The notes under the pieces were generated by a model. That model made no database searches, had not been told where the DNA came from, and saw only the letters and a program-made list of their open reading frames with translations. The position numbers were made by a program, and so were the translations under genes. From Candidatus Latescibacterota bacterium (lineage in GTDB: Bacteria; Latescibacterota; UBA2968; UBA8231): 64,000 bases of DNA. Positions 38,114 through 48,380 of this stretch are shown here, piece after piece. The stretch covers positions 3,776,001 through 3,840,000 of the forward strand of contig OY730476.1 of NCBI GenBank assembly GCA_963422735.1. The letters are read 5' to 3'. The first letter of the stretch is position 1. Each line of letters begins with the position of its first letter.

Positions 38114-39313
38114 ATGAATATATATCGAGAACTAGGCGTTGAGCCGATCATCAACGCGGTGGGGCCAGCGACGCGATTGAGTGGATCAATTATGCACCCG
38201 GAGGTCGCCGAGGCCATGCGGCAGGCTTCGGAACGCTGCGTGGATATAGCGCAGATGCAGGCACGAGCCGGGGAGGTTATCGCCGAGATCACCGGCGCGG
38301 AGGCCGGGTACGTGACGAGCGGGGCGGCGGCGGGCTTGTTGCTAGGAACGGCCGCTTGTGTGACTGGATTGGATCCAGGAAAGATGAACCGCTTGCCGGA
38401 CACATCCGGGATGAAGAACGAAGTGATCATGGCGCGCAGCCACCGAAACTTCTACGACCACGCGGTGCGCTCGGTGGGGATCGAGTTGGTGGAGGTGGGG
38501 ATTGCCGACCGCTTTTCCGGGGCGGGCGTCCGCGACGCGGAAGGGTGGGAGATCGAGGCGGCGATTACCGAGCAGACGGCGGCGATCGCGTACGTGGCGT
38601 ACGCACACACGCAGCCATTGCTGGAAGAGGTGGTGGCTGCGGCGCGCAAGGGCGGTGTGCCGGTGATTGTGGATGCGGCGGGGCAGTTGCCGCCGGCGAG
38701 CAACCTGCAGCGCTTCATTGCCGCCGGGGCCGATCTAGTTGCCTTTAGCGGAGGCAAAGCCATAGGCGGGCCACAGGCTTCGGGAATTTTGTGCGGGCGG
38801 CGGGATTTAATCGCCGCGGCCGCGCTGCAACATCAGGACCTCGATGTGATGCCCGAGCTGTGGGATCCGCCGGCGAGTTTGATCGACAAGTCGCAGCTAC
38901 CCGGGGCCCCGCAGCATGGTATTGGGCGGCCCTGCAAGGTCGGCAAGGAGGAGATCGCGGGGTTGGTGAAGGCGCTGCGTCTTTTTGTGGCCGAGGACCC
39001 GGTGGCGCGGCGGCGGCGCTGGTATGCGCCGATGGAAGAACTGGTCGCCGCGTGTGGAGCGCTGCGACACGCCGAGATCGCGGTGGTAGCCGACCGCAAG
39101 CGCGCCGAGATTCCGACCGTGCGGCTGGTGCTCGACGAGGAGGCCGCCGGCATGACAGCGCTGGAACTGGTCAAGGCACTACAGGAAGGTCAGCCGCCGA
39201 TTGCCGCCAACCCGACAGATGTGTACGAAGGTGCGGTGATTTTTGGGCCGATGTGTCTCAAGGAAGGCGAGCCGGAGCAGATTGGTCGGCGGCTCAGGGA
39301 GTTGCTCGGCTAG
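38114..39313 (+). CDS. SelA-like PLP-dependent enzyme (DgaE / D-glucosaminate-6-phosphate ammonia-lyase-like)
   Basis: IYRELGVEPIINAVG..T.LSGS, VTSGAAAG, VIVDAAG, GADLVAFSGGKAIGGPQASG, GIGRPCKVGKEE. Confidence 0.85.
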   Translation: MNIYRELGVEPIINAVGPATRLSGSIMHPEVAEAMRQASERCVDIAQMQARAGEVIAEITGAEAGYVTSGAAAGLLLGTAACVTGLDPGKMNRLPDTSGMKNEVIMARSHRNFYDHAVRSVGIELVEVGIADRFSGAGVRDAEGWEIEAAITEQTAAIAYVAYAHTQPLLEEVVAAARKGGVPVIVDAAGQLPPASNLQRFIAAGADLVAFSGGKAIGGPQASGILCGRRDLIAAAALQHQDLDVMPELWDPPASLIDKSQLPGAPQHGIGRPCKVGKEEIAGLVKALRLFVAEDPVARRRRWYAPMEELVAACGALRHAEIAVVADRKRAEIPTVRLVLDEEAAGMTALELVKALQEGQPPIAANPTDVYEGAVIFGPMCLKEGEPEQIGRRLRELLG

Positions 39314-39317
39314 GCAG

Positions 39318-40292
39318 CTAAAACTGCGCCCCCCAATAGGCGGCCCCTAGCAGTGCAGTCTTGTCGTTGAGCACGACGTGGACGGGCATGGCCGCGAGGG
39401 GCACACCCATGCGGCCTTTGTCCATAAAACCCTCCATAAAGCGGCCGTCGCGCAGCTTGGCGAGGATCTTGGGCGCGATGCCGCCGCCGACAAAAACCCC
39501 CCCCGAAGACATCAGCTTGAGCGCCAAGTTCCCCGCTTCGCGGCCGTAGAGGAGCGCGAAGAGGTCGAGGGCCGTTACGGCTAGCGCGGAGTGACCTTCG
39601 AGGCCGGCGCGAGCGATGGCGTCAGCGCGGTCGGGCTGTGCTGCCTCCAAGGTCAAAGAAGCGTCAGCGCGGTCGGGCTGCCGCATGCACAGAAAGTCGT
39701 AGATCGCGGCCAAGCCTTGGCCCGATACCACCCGTTCCCAGCTAACGTGGCCGTAGCGCTCGTTGAGGAAACGCCAAAGCTCGACTTCGAGCGAGGAACT
39801 TGGCCCAAAGGTCGCGTGGCCGCCCTCAGAGGCGATTGCTGCGTAGCGGCCCTCAGCCCAGCACAAGCCCCCCTCACCCAGTCCGGTGCCGGCGGCAATG
39901 ACGGCGATGTTGCCCTTTGGGTCGCGTTGACCTTCGTTGAGCAGACACAGGTCGTCCGACTCCAACACCAGGGTGCCGTAGGAAGTCGCTTGTAGGTCGT
40001 TGAGCAGGAGAACTTCGCTGCCGTTGAGCACCGCGGAAATTTCGCTGGGGTCGATGAGCCAAGGTAGATTGACGGCGCGGACGGGAAGCTGATGGACGGG
40101 GCCGGGTACGCCTAAGACCGTGCGGCTGGGGGCTATCTGCGTCTCGTCGGCGAATGCCTTGAGCAGCGCACCGGCACTGGGGTAGGACGCAGTTTGGTAG
40201 CGCCGCTCGACGAGGGGGTCAAAGCCTTGGGCGGTTGGGTCGAAAGCGGCGAGGTACGTTTTGGTGCCGCCGACATCACCGGCGATGATCAC
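39318..40292 (-). CDS. glk: Glucokinase
   Basis: IIAGDVGGTKT, GVPGPV, NLPW, LLNDL, AGTGLGE, SEGGH, VSWERVVSG.GL, GGGIAPKI; GTG start overlaps the zwf stop. Confidence 0.92.
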   Translation of the reverse strand: MIIAGDVGGTKTYLAAFDPTAQGFDPLVERRYQTASYPSAGALLKAFADETQIAPSRTVLGVPGPVHQLPVRAVNLPWLIDPSEISAVLNGSEVLLLNDLQATSYGTLVLESDDLCLLNEGQRDPKGNIAVIAAGTGLGEGGLCWAEGRYAAIASEGGHATFGPSSSLEVELWRFLNERYGHVSWERVVSGQGLAAIYDFLCMRQPDRADASLTLEAAQPDRADAIARAGLEGHSALAVTALDLFALLYGREAGNLALKLMSSGGVFVGGGIAPKILAKLRDGRFMEGFMDKGRMGVPLAAMPVHVVLNDKTALLGAAYWGAQF

Positions 40293-41699
40293 AGGGGCCA
40301 AGCCTCCCCGAGTAGGTCGTTGGCTTCCTCCGGGCCGGCAGCACCGACCGGACAGGAGGGCACCTCGCCCGATGAAGGTGCTTGCCAAGCGTCGAGGATG
40401 GGCGTTAGGAATGCCCACGATTTATCGATCCAGTCGCTGTCTGAGTAGAGCGTCGCGTCGCCGAGCAGGCAGTCGAGAGTCAGAGTTTCGTAGGCTTCGG
40501 GCGTGCGTCCGCCGAACGAATCGGCGTAGCTGAAATCCATGTTGACGGTGCCCAAGTGGACATCGGGACCAGGGATCTTGCCGTTGAAGGAAAGCGAGAT
40601 GCCCTCTTCGGGCTGGATGCGGATGGTGAGGGTGCTAAGGGATAAGACGTCGGCTTGGGCGAAAATGAGGTGTGGGGGCTGGTGGAATTGCAGGGTGACC
40701 GTGCTGGTGCGCTTGGCCATGCGCTTGCCCGTGCGCACGTAGAACGGCACCCCTTGCCAGCGCCAGTTGTCCACGGTGAATTCGAGGGCGGCAAAGGTCT
40801 CGGTGCGCGAGTTTGGGGGCACATCTTCTTCCTGTAGGTAGCCCGGCGCGTTCTCGCTGGGTCCGTACTGGCCGCGGACTGCATAGCGGTCAACTTGGCC
40901 GATGCGGATGGAGCGGATTGCCTTGAGTACCTTGAGCTTTTCGAGGCGTACGCTCTCGGCGTCAAACGAGGAAGGCGGCTCCATAGCAATGACGCAGAGA
41001 ACCTGCAAGAGGTGGTTTTGGGTCATGTCGCGCAAGGCACCCGATTGGTCGTAGTAGCCGGCGCGGTGCTCCACACCGACGCGCTCGGCAGCCGTGATTT
41101 GCACGTGATCGATGTAGTGCCTGTTCCACAGCGGCTCAAAAATTGAATTGCCGAGGCGAAAGACGAGGATGTTTTGCACGGTCTCCTTGCCGAGGTAGTG
41201 GTCGATGCGATAGATCTGCTCTATGGAGCGCTTGGTTGAGTTTGCGGGTCGAGTCGTAGTCGTGGCCGAAGGGCTGCACCAGCCTTGGCGGTCTTGGTGT
41301 TGGTAGCTGAGGCCGGTGCGCCCTACCTGCTCGACGATATCGAGGTATATCTGCGGCGGCACCGAGCAGTAAAAGCAGCGATTGCCCTCGGTGCCGCATT
41401 CGCGATCGAGGGTTTCGAGCCGTGCTTTGAGCGTGGCATAGGTCGCCGCGCACGTAGTGGAACTTGGCGAGGAAGGCGTCGTGTGCACCGACGAATTCGG
41501 CCAAGGACTCCCGCATCTTTTGGCGGAAGCGGTCATCGTCCCAAGCGCGGCGGGCTACGCCCACTAGGTGAAAGGCTTGAGGCAGGCGACCCTGGTGCTG
41601 CAAGTGCCAGATGGCCGGCACCAGTTTGCACCGGGTCAAGTCGCCCGAGGCACCAAAGATGACGAGGGCACAGGGGTCGGGGATGCGTTGTTGGATCAT
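40289..41699 (-). pseudogene. zwf: Glucose-6-phosphate 1-dehydrogenase, frameshifted
   Basis: VIFGASGDL and PFGHD lie in one frame; FYCSVPP and RIDHYLGKETVQN...RW.GVPFYVRTGKR lie in another; about three frame switches with small deletions at ~41200-41450. Confidence 0.9.
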
Positions 41700-41869
41700 A
41701 GTGTATGGTATATGGTATAATAAAAAAGGCCACAGCGTCCGCCATGGCCCCCCACACCGCCTCGTGTGAGTTTTGCAAATATACAAGCGTGGGCGAAAAT
41801 CAACAAGTCGATTGCGCCGCTCAAGGCGTTGTGCGTAGCTGCCCTGCTGTTGATATTAGCGCGGCCAAT

Positions 41870-42729
41870 TTTAATGCGAGGAAATTGTCTGCAGAAGGGT
41901 ACGCGGTGAGGGTACTCGACAACTTGAGCACGGGGCGGCGCGAAAACTTGGCCAAAATCCTAGGCGAGATAGAGTTTGTCGAGGGCGATATCCGCGACGC
42001 AGCCTTGCTCGCCGAAGTGGTGCAGTAGGTCGATTGCATCCTACACCACGCAGCCATCGGCTCGGTACCAGCTTCGGTTGATCAGCCCCTCGTCGAGCAG
42101 GAAGTCAACGCCGTGGGGGCACTGCGGCTTTTGGAAGCGGCGCGGCAGGCCGGGGTCCGCCGCGTGGTTTTCCCTCTTCGGCCGCAGTGTATGGCAATAA
42201 CCCGCAAATGCCCAAGCGCGAGGACATGCCGCTCGAACCCGAGTCGAAAGTCATGGGCGAGCACTACGCCCGCGTGTACAGCCGGCTCTACGGTTTGGAG
42301 GTGGTTGGCTTGCGCGACTTCAATGTCTTTGGCCCTCGGCAGGTGCCGTCTTCTCCGTACTCGGGCGTCATCTCGATTTTTGTCGCTCGGATGCAGGCGG
42401 GCGAGTCACCGATCTTTTTTGGCGACGGCCACCAATCGCGCGATTACGTCATGAGGGCCTGTACTTTTCCGGGAATCGCCGGGCGGATATACAATATTAG
42501 CTGCGGCCGCAGCGCGTCGCTACTGGAACTGATCGCCGCGTTCAACCAAATTTTAGGGACCGAGTTAGCGCCGGTATTTACCCCGCTGCGGGCTGGCGAT
42601 ATCCGCTTCTCGTCAGCCGATATATCGCGCGCTCAAGCCGAGTTGGGCTACGAGCCGAGGATTGGGTTTGTCGAGGGGTTGGGACGGACGATTGCGGCGT
42701 TGGAGTCTTCCCGCGCTGCGAGGCAATAA
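41870..42729 (+). pseudogene. NAD-dependent epimerase/dehydratase (GalE/WbpP-like), degraded
   Basis: VLDNLSTGRRENL, EGDIRD, HHAAIGSV, FNVFGPRQ, RAGDIRFS; GxxGxxG missing, TAG at 42026-42028, frameshift near 42175, catalytic Tyr segment deleted (LEPESK). Confidence 0.88.
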
Positions 42730-42743
42730 AAGGGATCGCTATT

Positions 42744-43919
42744 GTGGCAACCATAGTCGATGGCAAAAAGCGCATCCCCTTTATGCGCGGGATGCTGGTA
42801 CACTACCTAATTGAGCGCGGCTTCAGCTACGAAGACGCCCGCGCTGTGGCCAATGCGGTGCGCACGTCTTTGGGAAAAGTAGAGTTCGTGCGCAAAAAGG
42901 ACATGGTGCAACTCGTACATAGTGCCATTCGCAAGGGATTCGGCACGTACGAGGCCGGCGACCTAATTTTCTGGGAGCGCCAGCCCACCACCATCGTCGT
43001 CGAGCGCAAGAGCGGGTCGCGGCCTTTCTCCAAAGAGCTGCTGTCGGATTCCATTCAGGCGTCTGGGCTGCCCCCAGACCAGAGTTACGAGATCGTGCAG
43101 GCGATTGAAGCTCGCTTGATAGACCAGCGCCGCCAGCACATCGCGCACTGGGAGCTGGAAGATCTGGCGGCCGAGCTGATCGAAAAGTCCTTTGACAAGT
43201 CCTTTGCCGACCGCTACCGCTTGTGGCGAGCTTGGGGCGATGTAGATAAACCCCTGATCATCCTCATCGGCGGTGCCAGCGGGGTCGGCAAGACCACGTT
43301 GGCGATTGCCTTGGCCAATTTGCTCGATATTCCTCGGGTGGTAGCTACCGACGATTTGCGCCAAGTCATGCGCCTGACGCTTGCGCAGGAGTTGATGCCG
43401 GCCCTGCACGCCTCCTCGTACGCCGCTTGGAAGGTCGTTCCTGCGGCTGGTCATCACGACGCGGTCGTCGCTGGATTTCGCGAGCAGGCGCGCAGCGTCT
43501 GTGTTGGGGTCAAGGCCATTATTAGCCGCTGCATCGAGGAAAACACCAGCGTCATCATCGACGGCGTACACCTAATCAGCGACATGCTGGACTTAGAGGG
43601 ATACGCTGGCGACGCCTTTATCACGCCCGTCTGTTTGGGGCTTTCTGGCCGCGATGCCTTTGAGAATCGCTTTGCCCAGCGCGCCAGCGAGGCCCCGTCG
43701 CGCTCGGCCCATCGCTATATGGAGCACTTGGAGGATATTCTCAAAATTCAGGACTATCTCATTGCAACGAGTGCTGCCCATGGCATTCCGGTGATTACCA
43801 CGACCTCGGTCGAGAGCCTGACGAGCGAGGTCGCCATGGTGGTGAGCGAGCAACTGAGGGAGCAGGAGGAAATCCGCAAGGCCCTGAGTGCCTCCTGCAA
43901 GAAGCGGGCGGCGAGTTGA
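42744..43919 (+). CDS. 2-phosphoglycerate kinase with two ATP-cone-like domains
   Basis: IPFMRGML and RPFSKELL ATP-cone starts; LIGGASGVGKTT, TDDLRQVMR, LHASSYAAW, GFREQA, IIDGVH. Confidence 0.85.
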   Translation: MATIVDGKKRIPFMRGMLVHYLIERGFSYEDARAVANAVRTSLGKVEFVRKKDMVQLVHSAIRKGFGTYEAGDLIFWERQPTTIVVERKSGSRPFSKELLSDSIQASGLPPDQSYEIVQAIEARLIDQRRQHIAHWELEDLAAELIEKSFDKSFADRYRLWRAWGDVDKPLIILIGGASGVGKTTLAIALANLLDIPRVVATDDLRQVMRLTLAQELMPALHASSYAAWKVVPAAGHHDAVVAGFREQARSVCVGVKAIISRCIEENTSVIIDGVHLISDMLDLEGYAGDAFITPVCLGLSGRDAFENRFAQRASEAPSRSAHRYMEHLEDILKIQDYLIATSAAHGIPVITTTSVESLTSEVAMVVSEQLREQEEIRKALSASCKKRAAS

Positions 43920-44018
43920 AGCGGTGCGCCGCTTGTTGATTCGCCCAACGCTAGATTGTATTGTATATTCCAAAAATCACGGCTAACCGTGAAAACGCGC
44001 AACCAAGTTAGGATAAAG

Positions 44019-44474
44019 ATGCTGAGCAACAAAAAGAAGGGTGCTTCCACTGCCAGCAACGGACAATCGCTTAATACAATTATTGGTCGCGGTAGCTGCT
44101 TTGAAGGCAAGCTGACGGTGGATAACAGCGTCAGAATAGACGGTGTATTCAAGGGCGAACTGGCCTGCACTGGGGAGCTGACGATCAGCCAGTCGGGCGA
44201 GGCCGATGCTACTTTGCAGTGCAAAGACGCGTACATCGACGGCGTCGTGAGTGGCACTGTGCGCGCTGATAAGGTGCGGTTGGATACGCAATCGCGCTTT
44301 ACTGGCGATGTGTACACTGACTCGTTCACGGTCTCCGAGGGCGCGATCTTCCATGGTTCTTGTTCAATGGAAAACCACAAGAAAGAGAGCGAGTCGCCGG
44401 CAACGGATGCCTCAGGCGGAGAAGCTGCAAAGCCCTTCCCGTCCAAGCCTAGCCCCCAAGCCCAAAAGAAATAG
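44019..44474 (+). CDS. Bactofilin (polymer-forming cytoskeletal protein)
   Basis: NTIIGRGS.FEGKL...VRIDG.FKGEL...L.I..SG...IDGVVSG...GDV.....VSEGAIFHG.C.M. Confidence 0.92.
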   Translation: MLSNKKKGASTASNGQSLNTIIGRGSCFEGKLTVDNSVRIDGVFKGELACTGELTISQSGEADATLQCKDAYIDGVVSGTVRADKVRLDTQSRFTGDVYTDSFTVSEGAIFHGSCSMENHKKESESPATDASGGEAAKPFPSKPSPQAQKK

Positions 44475-44547
44475 CGCTTTCCCACCTCGTTTTGCGTAAA
44501 AAATCCATCTGCACCGCACGTTGCCGATGGATTTTTTCTTATTGCCG

Positions 44548-46323
44548 ATGAGTCAACGCGACCGTACCGTGCTCAAGCGCCGCCGTCACCGCCGCTCGGC
44601 TCCAATAGAGGAGGTCGCGATGCCTGCGAGTGCTGGGCAACGGCCTGCAAAGGGCGCGTCGCCTATAGGCGGCTGGCGGCGCTGGCGGCGCGGTGCCCTA
44701 GCCAGCTTGGGCGCGTCGCCGGTTTTCCGTGCGTACATCTTTCTCGGCAGCATTGCCGCTATTTTGGCCTTCCTGCTCTACAACGAGTCGATCACCTCCG
44801 AATTGCGCGAACACGAAAAGAGCCGGGTCGATCTCTATGCACATCTGATCTCGTTCGCGCCGCAGGCATCGGAAGGCCAGATCTCCACTCTCTTTACCGA
44901 GGTGATTACCAAGGTCGATTTCCCGCGCATCATCACCAATCACCGCGGCGAGATCGTCCAAGCCGAGGACATCGATGCTTCTAGCTTCTTGGAGAGCTGG
45001 GCTTTTTGGCGCAGCGAAGCGGCGGACGCGCACGCCGTATCGACCTCTCAGCTACACAGGCTGATCGAGGAAATGGACATCCAGAATCCGCCTATTTCCT
45101 TTTATTGGTCGCCAGAAACCCTGGGGCGGCTCTACTGCGAAGATGGCCGCGTCGTCATTGCGGATACCCAAGGGGCCATCGCGGCTTGGCAGGGGACTGG
45201 CCTACCAGCGAGCAGCGACACTTCGGCGGCTGCTCGCGCCGAGGTGCAACGAGCGTTGCAGGGGATGGAGGCCGGAAAATCGCTGCCCTTCAGCGTACCG
45301 GCCGCTAGCTTCAGCTATCTGCATTGGGACGGAACCAACGCGATCATCACAGACGCCGAGAGCCAATTTAGGGCTTGGGTGGGGTCTGGGCTGCCGCCGG
45401 CTAGCGACGACCCCACCCAAGCGGTTCAAGATCAGCTCCAGGCCTTTGTCGATAGCTTGACCAGCCAGTGCGCCCCCCTAGAGTTCAAAATCCCGGCCGA
45501 GCACTATATCCACTATGGCGACACGAGTTTGGTCGGCCGCATCTCCCTCGCCCCTTTCGTGCAGATCGGTGTGTTGTTCCTCTTTCTGCTCGTCGGCTAT
45601 ATCGGCTACCGCAACATTAAGCGCAGCCAACAGCGCTCACTCTGGGTGGGCATGGCCAAAGAGACGGCTCACCAACTCGGTACCCCGCTCTCCTCGCTGT
45701 CTGGGTGGCTAGAACTGCTGCGCGGCGAGGTTGCCACCGCCTCGAGGCCGGACCGGGACGAGCGCTGGGAGCGCGTCGATCAGATGATCGGGGAGATACA
45801 GCAGGACATGCGTCGCCTCGACCAAATTGCCTCGCGCTTCAGCCAGATCGGCTCGGTGCCCGAACTAAAGAAAAAGGATGTAGCCGCCCTGCTGGAGGAG
45901 ACGATTGAGTACTTCCGGCGTCGCGTCCCGCAGTTAGGGCGGCAGAAAATTGAACTGGAATGCCTAGGAGACCTGCCTCCGGTGCCGATCAACGCCGAAT
46001 TGATGAGTTGGGCCTTTGAAAATCTGTGCAAGAACGCCATCGACGCCATGGATGGCCAGACGGGCAGCTTGCACATCCGCATGGAGCTTTTGCCCGAAGG
46101 CCAGGCGGTGCAGGTCGCGTTTCAGGACGACGGGCGCGGCATTGAACCCGAGCACGTCAAGCGCATCTTCGAGCCGGGGTTCAGCACCAAAAAGCGCGGC
46201 TGGGGGCTGGGGTTGGTGTTTGTCAAGCGCATCGTCGAAGAATACCACAAGGGTAAGATCAGCTTGGCGCAGAGTGCCCCGGGCGAGGGCACGACCTTTG
46301 AGGTGGTTTTGCCCTTGGGTTAA
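44548..46323 (+). CDS. Sensor histidine kinase (two TM, PorX-adjacent)
   Basis: H-box WVGMAKETAHQLGTPLSSL, RFSQIGS.P, WAFENLCKNAIDAM, DDGRGI, IFEPGFSTKKRGWGLGL; start uncertain. Confidence 0.93.
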   Translation: MSQRDRTVLKRRRHRRSAPIEEVAMPASAGQRPAKGASPIGGWRRWRRGALASLGASPVFRAYIFLGSIAAILAFLLYNESITSELREHEKSRVDLYAHLISFAPQASEGQISTLFTEVITKVDFPRIITNHRGEIVQAEDIDASSFLESWAFWRSEAADAHAVSTSQLHRLIEEMDIQNPPISFYWSPETLGRLYCEDGRVVIADTQGAIAAWQGTGLPASSDTSAAARAEVQRALQGMEAGKSLPFSVPAASFSYLHWDGTNAIITDAESQFRAWVGSGLPPASDDPTQAVQDQLQAFVDSLTSQCAPLEFKIPAEHYIHYGDTSLVGRISLAPFVQIGVLFLFLLVGYIGYRNIKRSQQRSLWVGMAKETAHQLGTPLSSLSGWLELLRGEVATASRPDRDERWERVDQMIGEIQQDMRRLDQIASRFSQIGSVPELKKKDVAALLEETIEYFRRRVPQLGRQKIELECLGDLPPVPINAELMSWAFENLCKNAIDAMDGQTGSLHIRMELLPEGQAVQVAFQDDGRGIEPEHVKRIFEPGFSTKKRGWGLGLVFVKRIVEEYHKGKISLAQSAPGEGTTFEVVLPLG

Positions 46324-46407
46324 GGAACGGGTGCGCGTTTAGAATCGTCTATTGTTTCAAGCCGCGCCCTGGCTGGCCGGGGCCACTGCGGACAAGGAGA
46401 AAACGCT

Positions 46408-46566
46408 ATGAGCGAACCGATTACGCAAGCCCAAGACCACGACCGGCTGGAAGGGATAGCCGAGCAGATAACCGAGCAAGTGCGCCAGACCAACGCCCTC
46501 CTCGACACGCTCACCCGCTGGTTGGTTGGGATGCCGTTAGCCAGCCTTCTGTGCTGGGTACGCTGA
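46408..46566 (+). CDS. Small coiled-coil protein with hydrophobic tail (52 aa, possibly frameshifted)
   Basis: AAGGAG RBS; MSEPITQAQDHDRLEGIAEQITEQVRQTNALLDTLTRWLVGMPLASLLCWVR; not in the ORF track. Confidence 0.5.
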   Translation: MSEPITQAQDHDRLEGIAEQITEQVRQTNALLDTLTRWLVGMPLASLLCWVR

Positions 46567-46701
46567 TCCTAACCCGCTCGCCCTGACCTCGAACCGCTAC
46601 GACAGGCCCTTGTGCTGGCCGCAGCACCAAACAAAAGAGACCACGCCATGACTATCACGCTCGATTTGCCGCAGCAAGCACTTTATAGATAAAGGCGACG
46701 C

Positions 46702-48267
46702 ATGGAAGGGGATAAGCGAAAGATACTCTGGGCCGACGACGAGATTGACCTATTGCGCGCTCACCGACGCTTTCTCGACGAAAAGGGCTACGCGGTGACG
46801 CCGGTGAGCAACGGCAAGGACGCCATCGCCCTGATTGCCCAAGCACCCTTTGACATCGTGCTGCTCGACGAGATGATGCCGGGGCTGGACGGGCTTTCGA
46901 CCTTGGAGCAGATCAAGATAGCCGATCCCAACGTGCCGGTAATTATGATCACTAAGAACGAAGAAGAACACCTGATGGACGAGGCCATTGGCCGCCGCAT
47001 CGACGACTACCTGACGAAGCCGGTCAACCCCAGCCAGATCTTCATGGCTTGCAAACAGCTCCTCGACGCGCGGCAGATTCGCCAAAGTCAGGCCGGGCAG
47101 CACTACGTCTTTCGGGCTGGCCAGATTCGCAAGCAGATTGCGGGCGCGACTTGGCAGACTTGGGTTGACGTACATCGGCAGCTCTGCGAGTGGGATATCG
47201 AAGTGGCGCGCTTGGGTGATGCGGGTCTCGGCCAGATGATTGGAGATCAGCGGCGCGAGTGCAACCGCGAGTTCGGGCGCTTTGTCGAGGAGCATTACAC
47301 GCGCTGGATAGCGGACGAAGGCGATTCGCCGCCGCTGTCGGTGGATGTGGTGCCCGAATTTGTGGTGCCCTATCTCGAACAGGGCCGGCAAGTATTCTTT
47401 ATCGTGGTCGATTGCCTGCGCTTAGATCACTGGATGGTGATGGAGCCTCAGTTGGCCGAGTACTTCAACATCAAGCGCTCCTACCACTACTCGATTTTGC
47501 CTACGGCCACGCCCTTTGCGCGCAACGCTATTTTCAGTGGGCTTTTCCCCAAAGAGATCGCCGACAAGTACCGCACCATGTGGCGTGAGGCCCAAGACAA
47601 CGAATACAGCCTCAACCGGCACGAGCACCAATTCATTGACGACCTAGTCCGCGACATGGGCGTCGCGCTCAAACCGGGTTCGCACTACGTCAAGGTGCTA
47701 GATACCAGCGAGGCCCGGAATTTGACCCGCAGGGTACCAGCACTGGGCAAGTGGCCGCTCGTGTCTGTGGTGTACAATTTTCTCGACATGCTGGTACACA
47801 GTCGAGCGCAGTCGGACCTGCTCAAGGAAATGGCACCTAATGAGGCGGCCTTTCGCGCCTTGGTGCAGACGTGGTTTGGCAATGCGTCGCTCTTTGAGAC
47901 CCTCAATGGCATTGCCCGCACCGACGCGGTGGTGGTGCTGACGACTGACCATGGCTCAATACGCGGTACGCGCGCTTCGGTGGTGTACGGGGACCGCAGC
48001 ACGTCTTCGAGCCTGCGCTACAAGTATGGCCAGAACCTCCGCTGCGAGGAAAAGGACGCGCTGCTGATCGCCGATCCGGAGGCCTACGGGCTGCCTTCGA
48101 CGGGCCTCGGTCATAGCTTCGTCATCGCCCGCGAGGACTTTTACTTCGTCTATCCGACCCAGTTCAACAAGTACCAGCGCCGCTACAAGGGCAGCTTCCA
48201 GCACGGCGGCATATCCCTGGAGGAAATGATTTTGCCGGTGGCGATTATGGAGCCTAAGAGTCCCTAA
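46702..48267 (+). CDS. porX: PorX-type response regulator with PglZ/alkaline-phosphatase domain
   Basis: ILWADDEIDLL, LLDEMMPG, MITKNEEE, DYLTKPVNPSQI; VDCLRLD.W, SILPTAT..RNAIFSG, VYNFLDML.H, TTDHG, FQHGGISLEEM. Confidence 0.9.
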   Translation: MEGDKRKILWADDEIDLLRAHRRFLDEKGYAVTPVSNGKDAIALIAQAPFDIVLLDEMMPGLDGLSTLEQIKIADPNVPVIMITKNEEEHLMDEAIGRRIDDYLTKPVNPSQIFMACKQLLDARQIRQSQAGQHYVFRAGQIRKQIAGATWQTWVDVHRQLCEWDIEVARLGDAGLGQMIGDQRRECNREFGRFVEEHYTRWIADEGDSPPLSVDVVPEFVVPYLEQGRQVFFIVVDCLRLDHWMVMEPQLAEYFNIKRSYHYSILPTATPFARNAIFSGLFPKEIADKYRTMWREAQDNEYSLNRHEHQFIDDLVRDMGVALKPGSHYVKVLDTSEARNLTRRVPALGKWPLVSVVYNFLDMLVHSRAQSDLLKEMAPNEAAFRALVQTWFGNASLFETLNGIARTDAVVVLTTDHGSIRGTRASVVYGDRSTSSSLRYKYGQNLRCEEKDALLIADPEAYGLPSTGLGHSFVIAREDFYFVYPTQFNKYQRRYKGSFQHGGISLEEMILPVAIMEPKSP

Positions 48268-48380
48268 CAAAAGGTGCGTTCTGCTTCCCTAAGTGCCCGC
48301 GGGGTCGGGTCGGGTGAGACGCCCGAGTTTCGATGGAAGCGTGCTTTCGGGTTTTGATTAGGGACTTTAAGTGAGGCAAG

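Noticed and set aside
38114-39313. Selenocysteine synthase selA
   Set aside because: Shorter SelA-like (DgaE-type) pattern; no selB, selC or selD nearby
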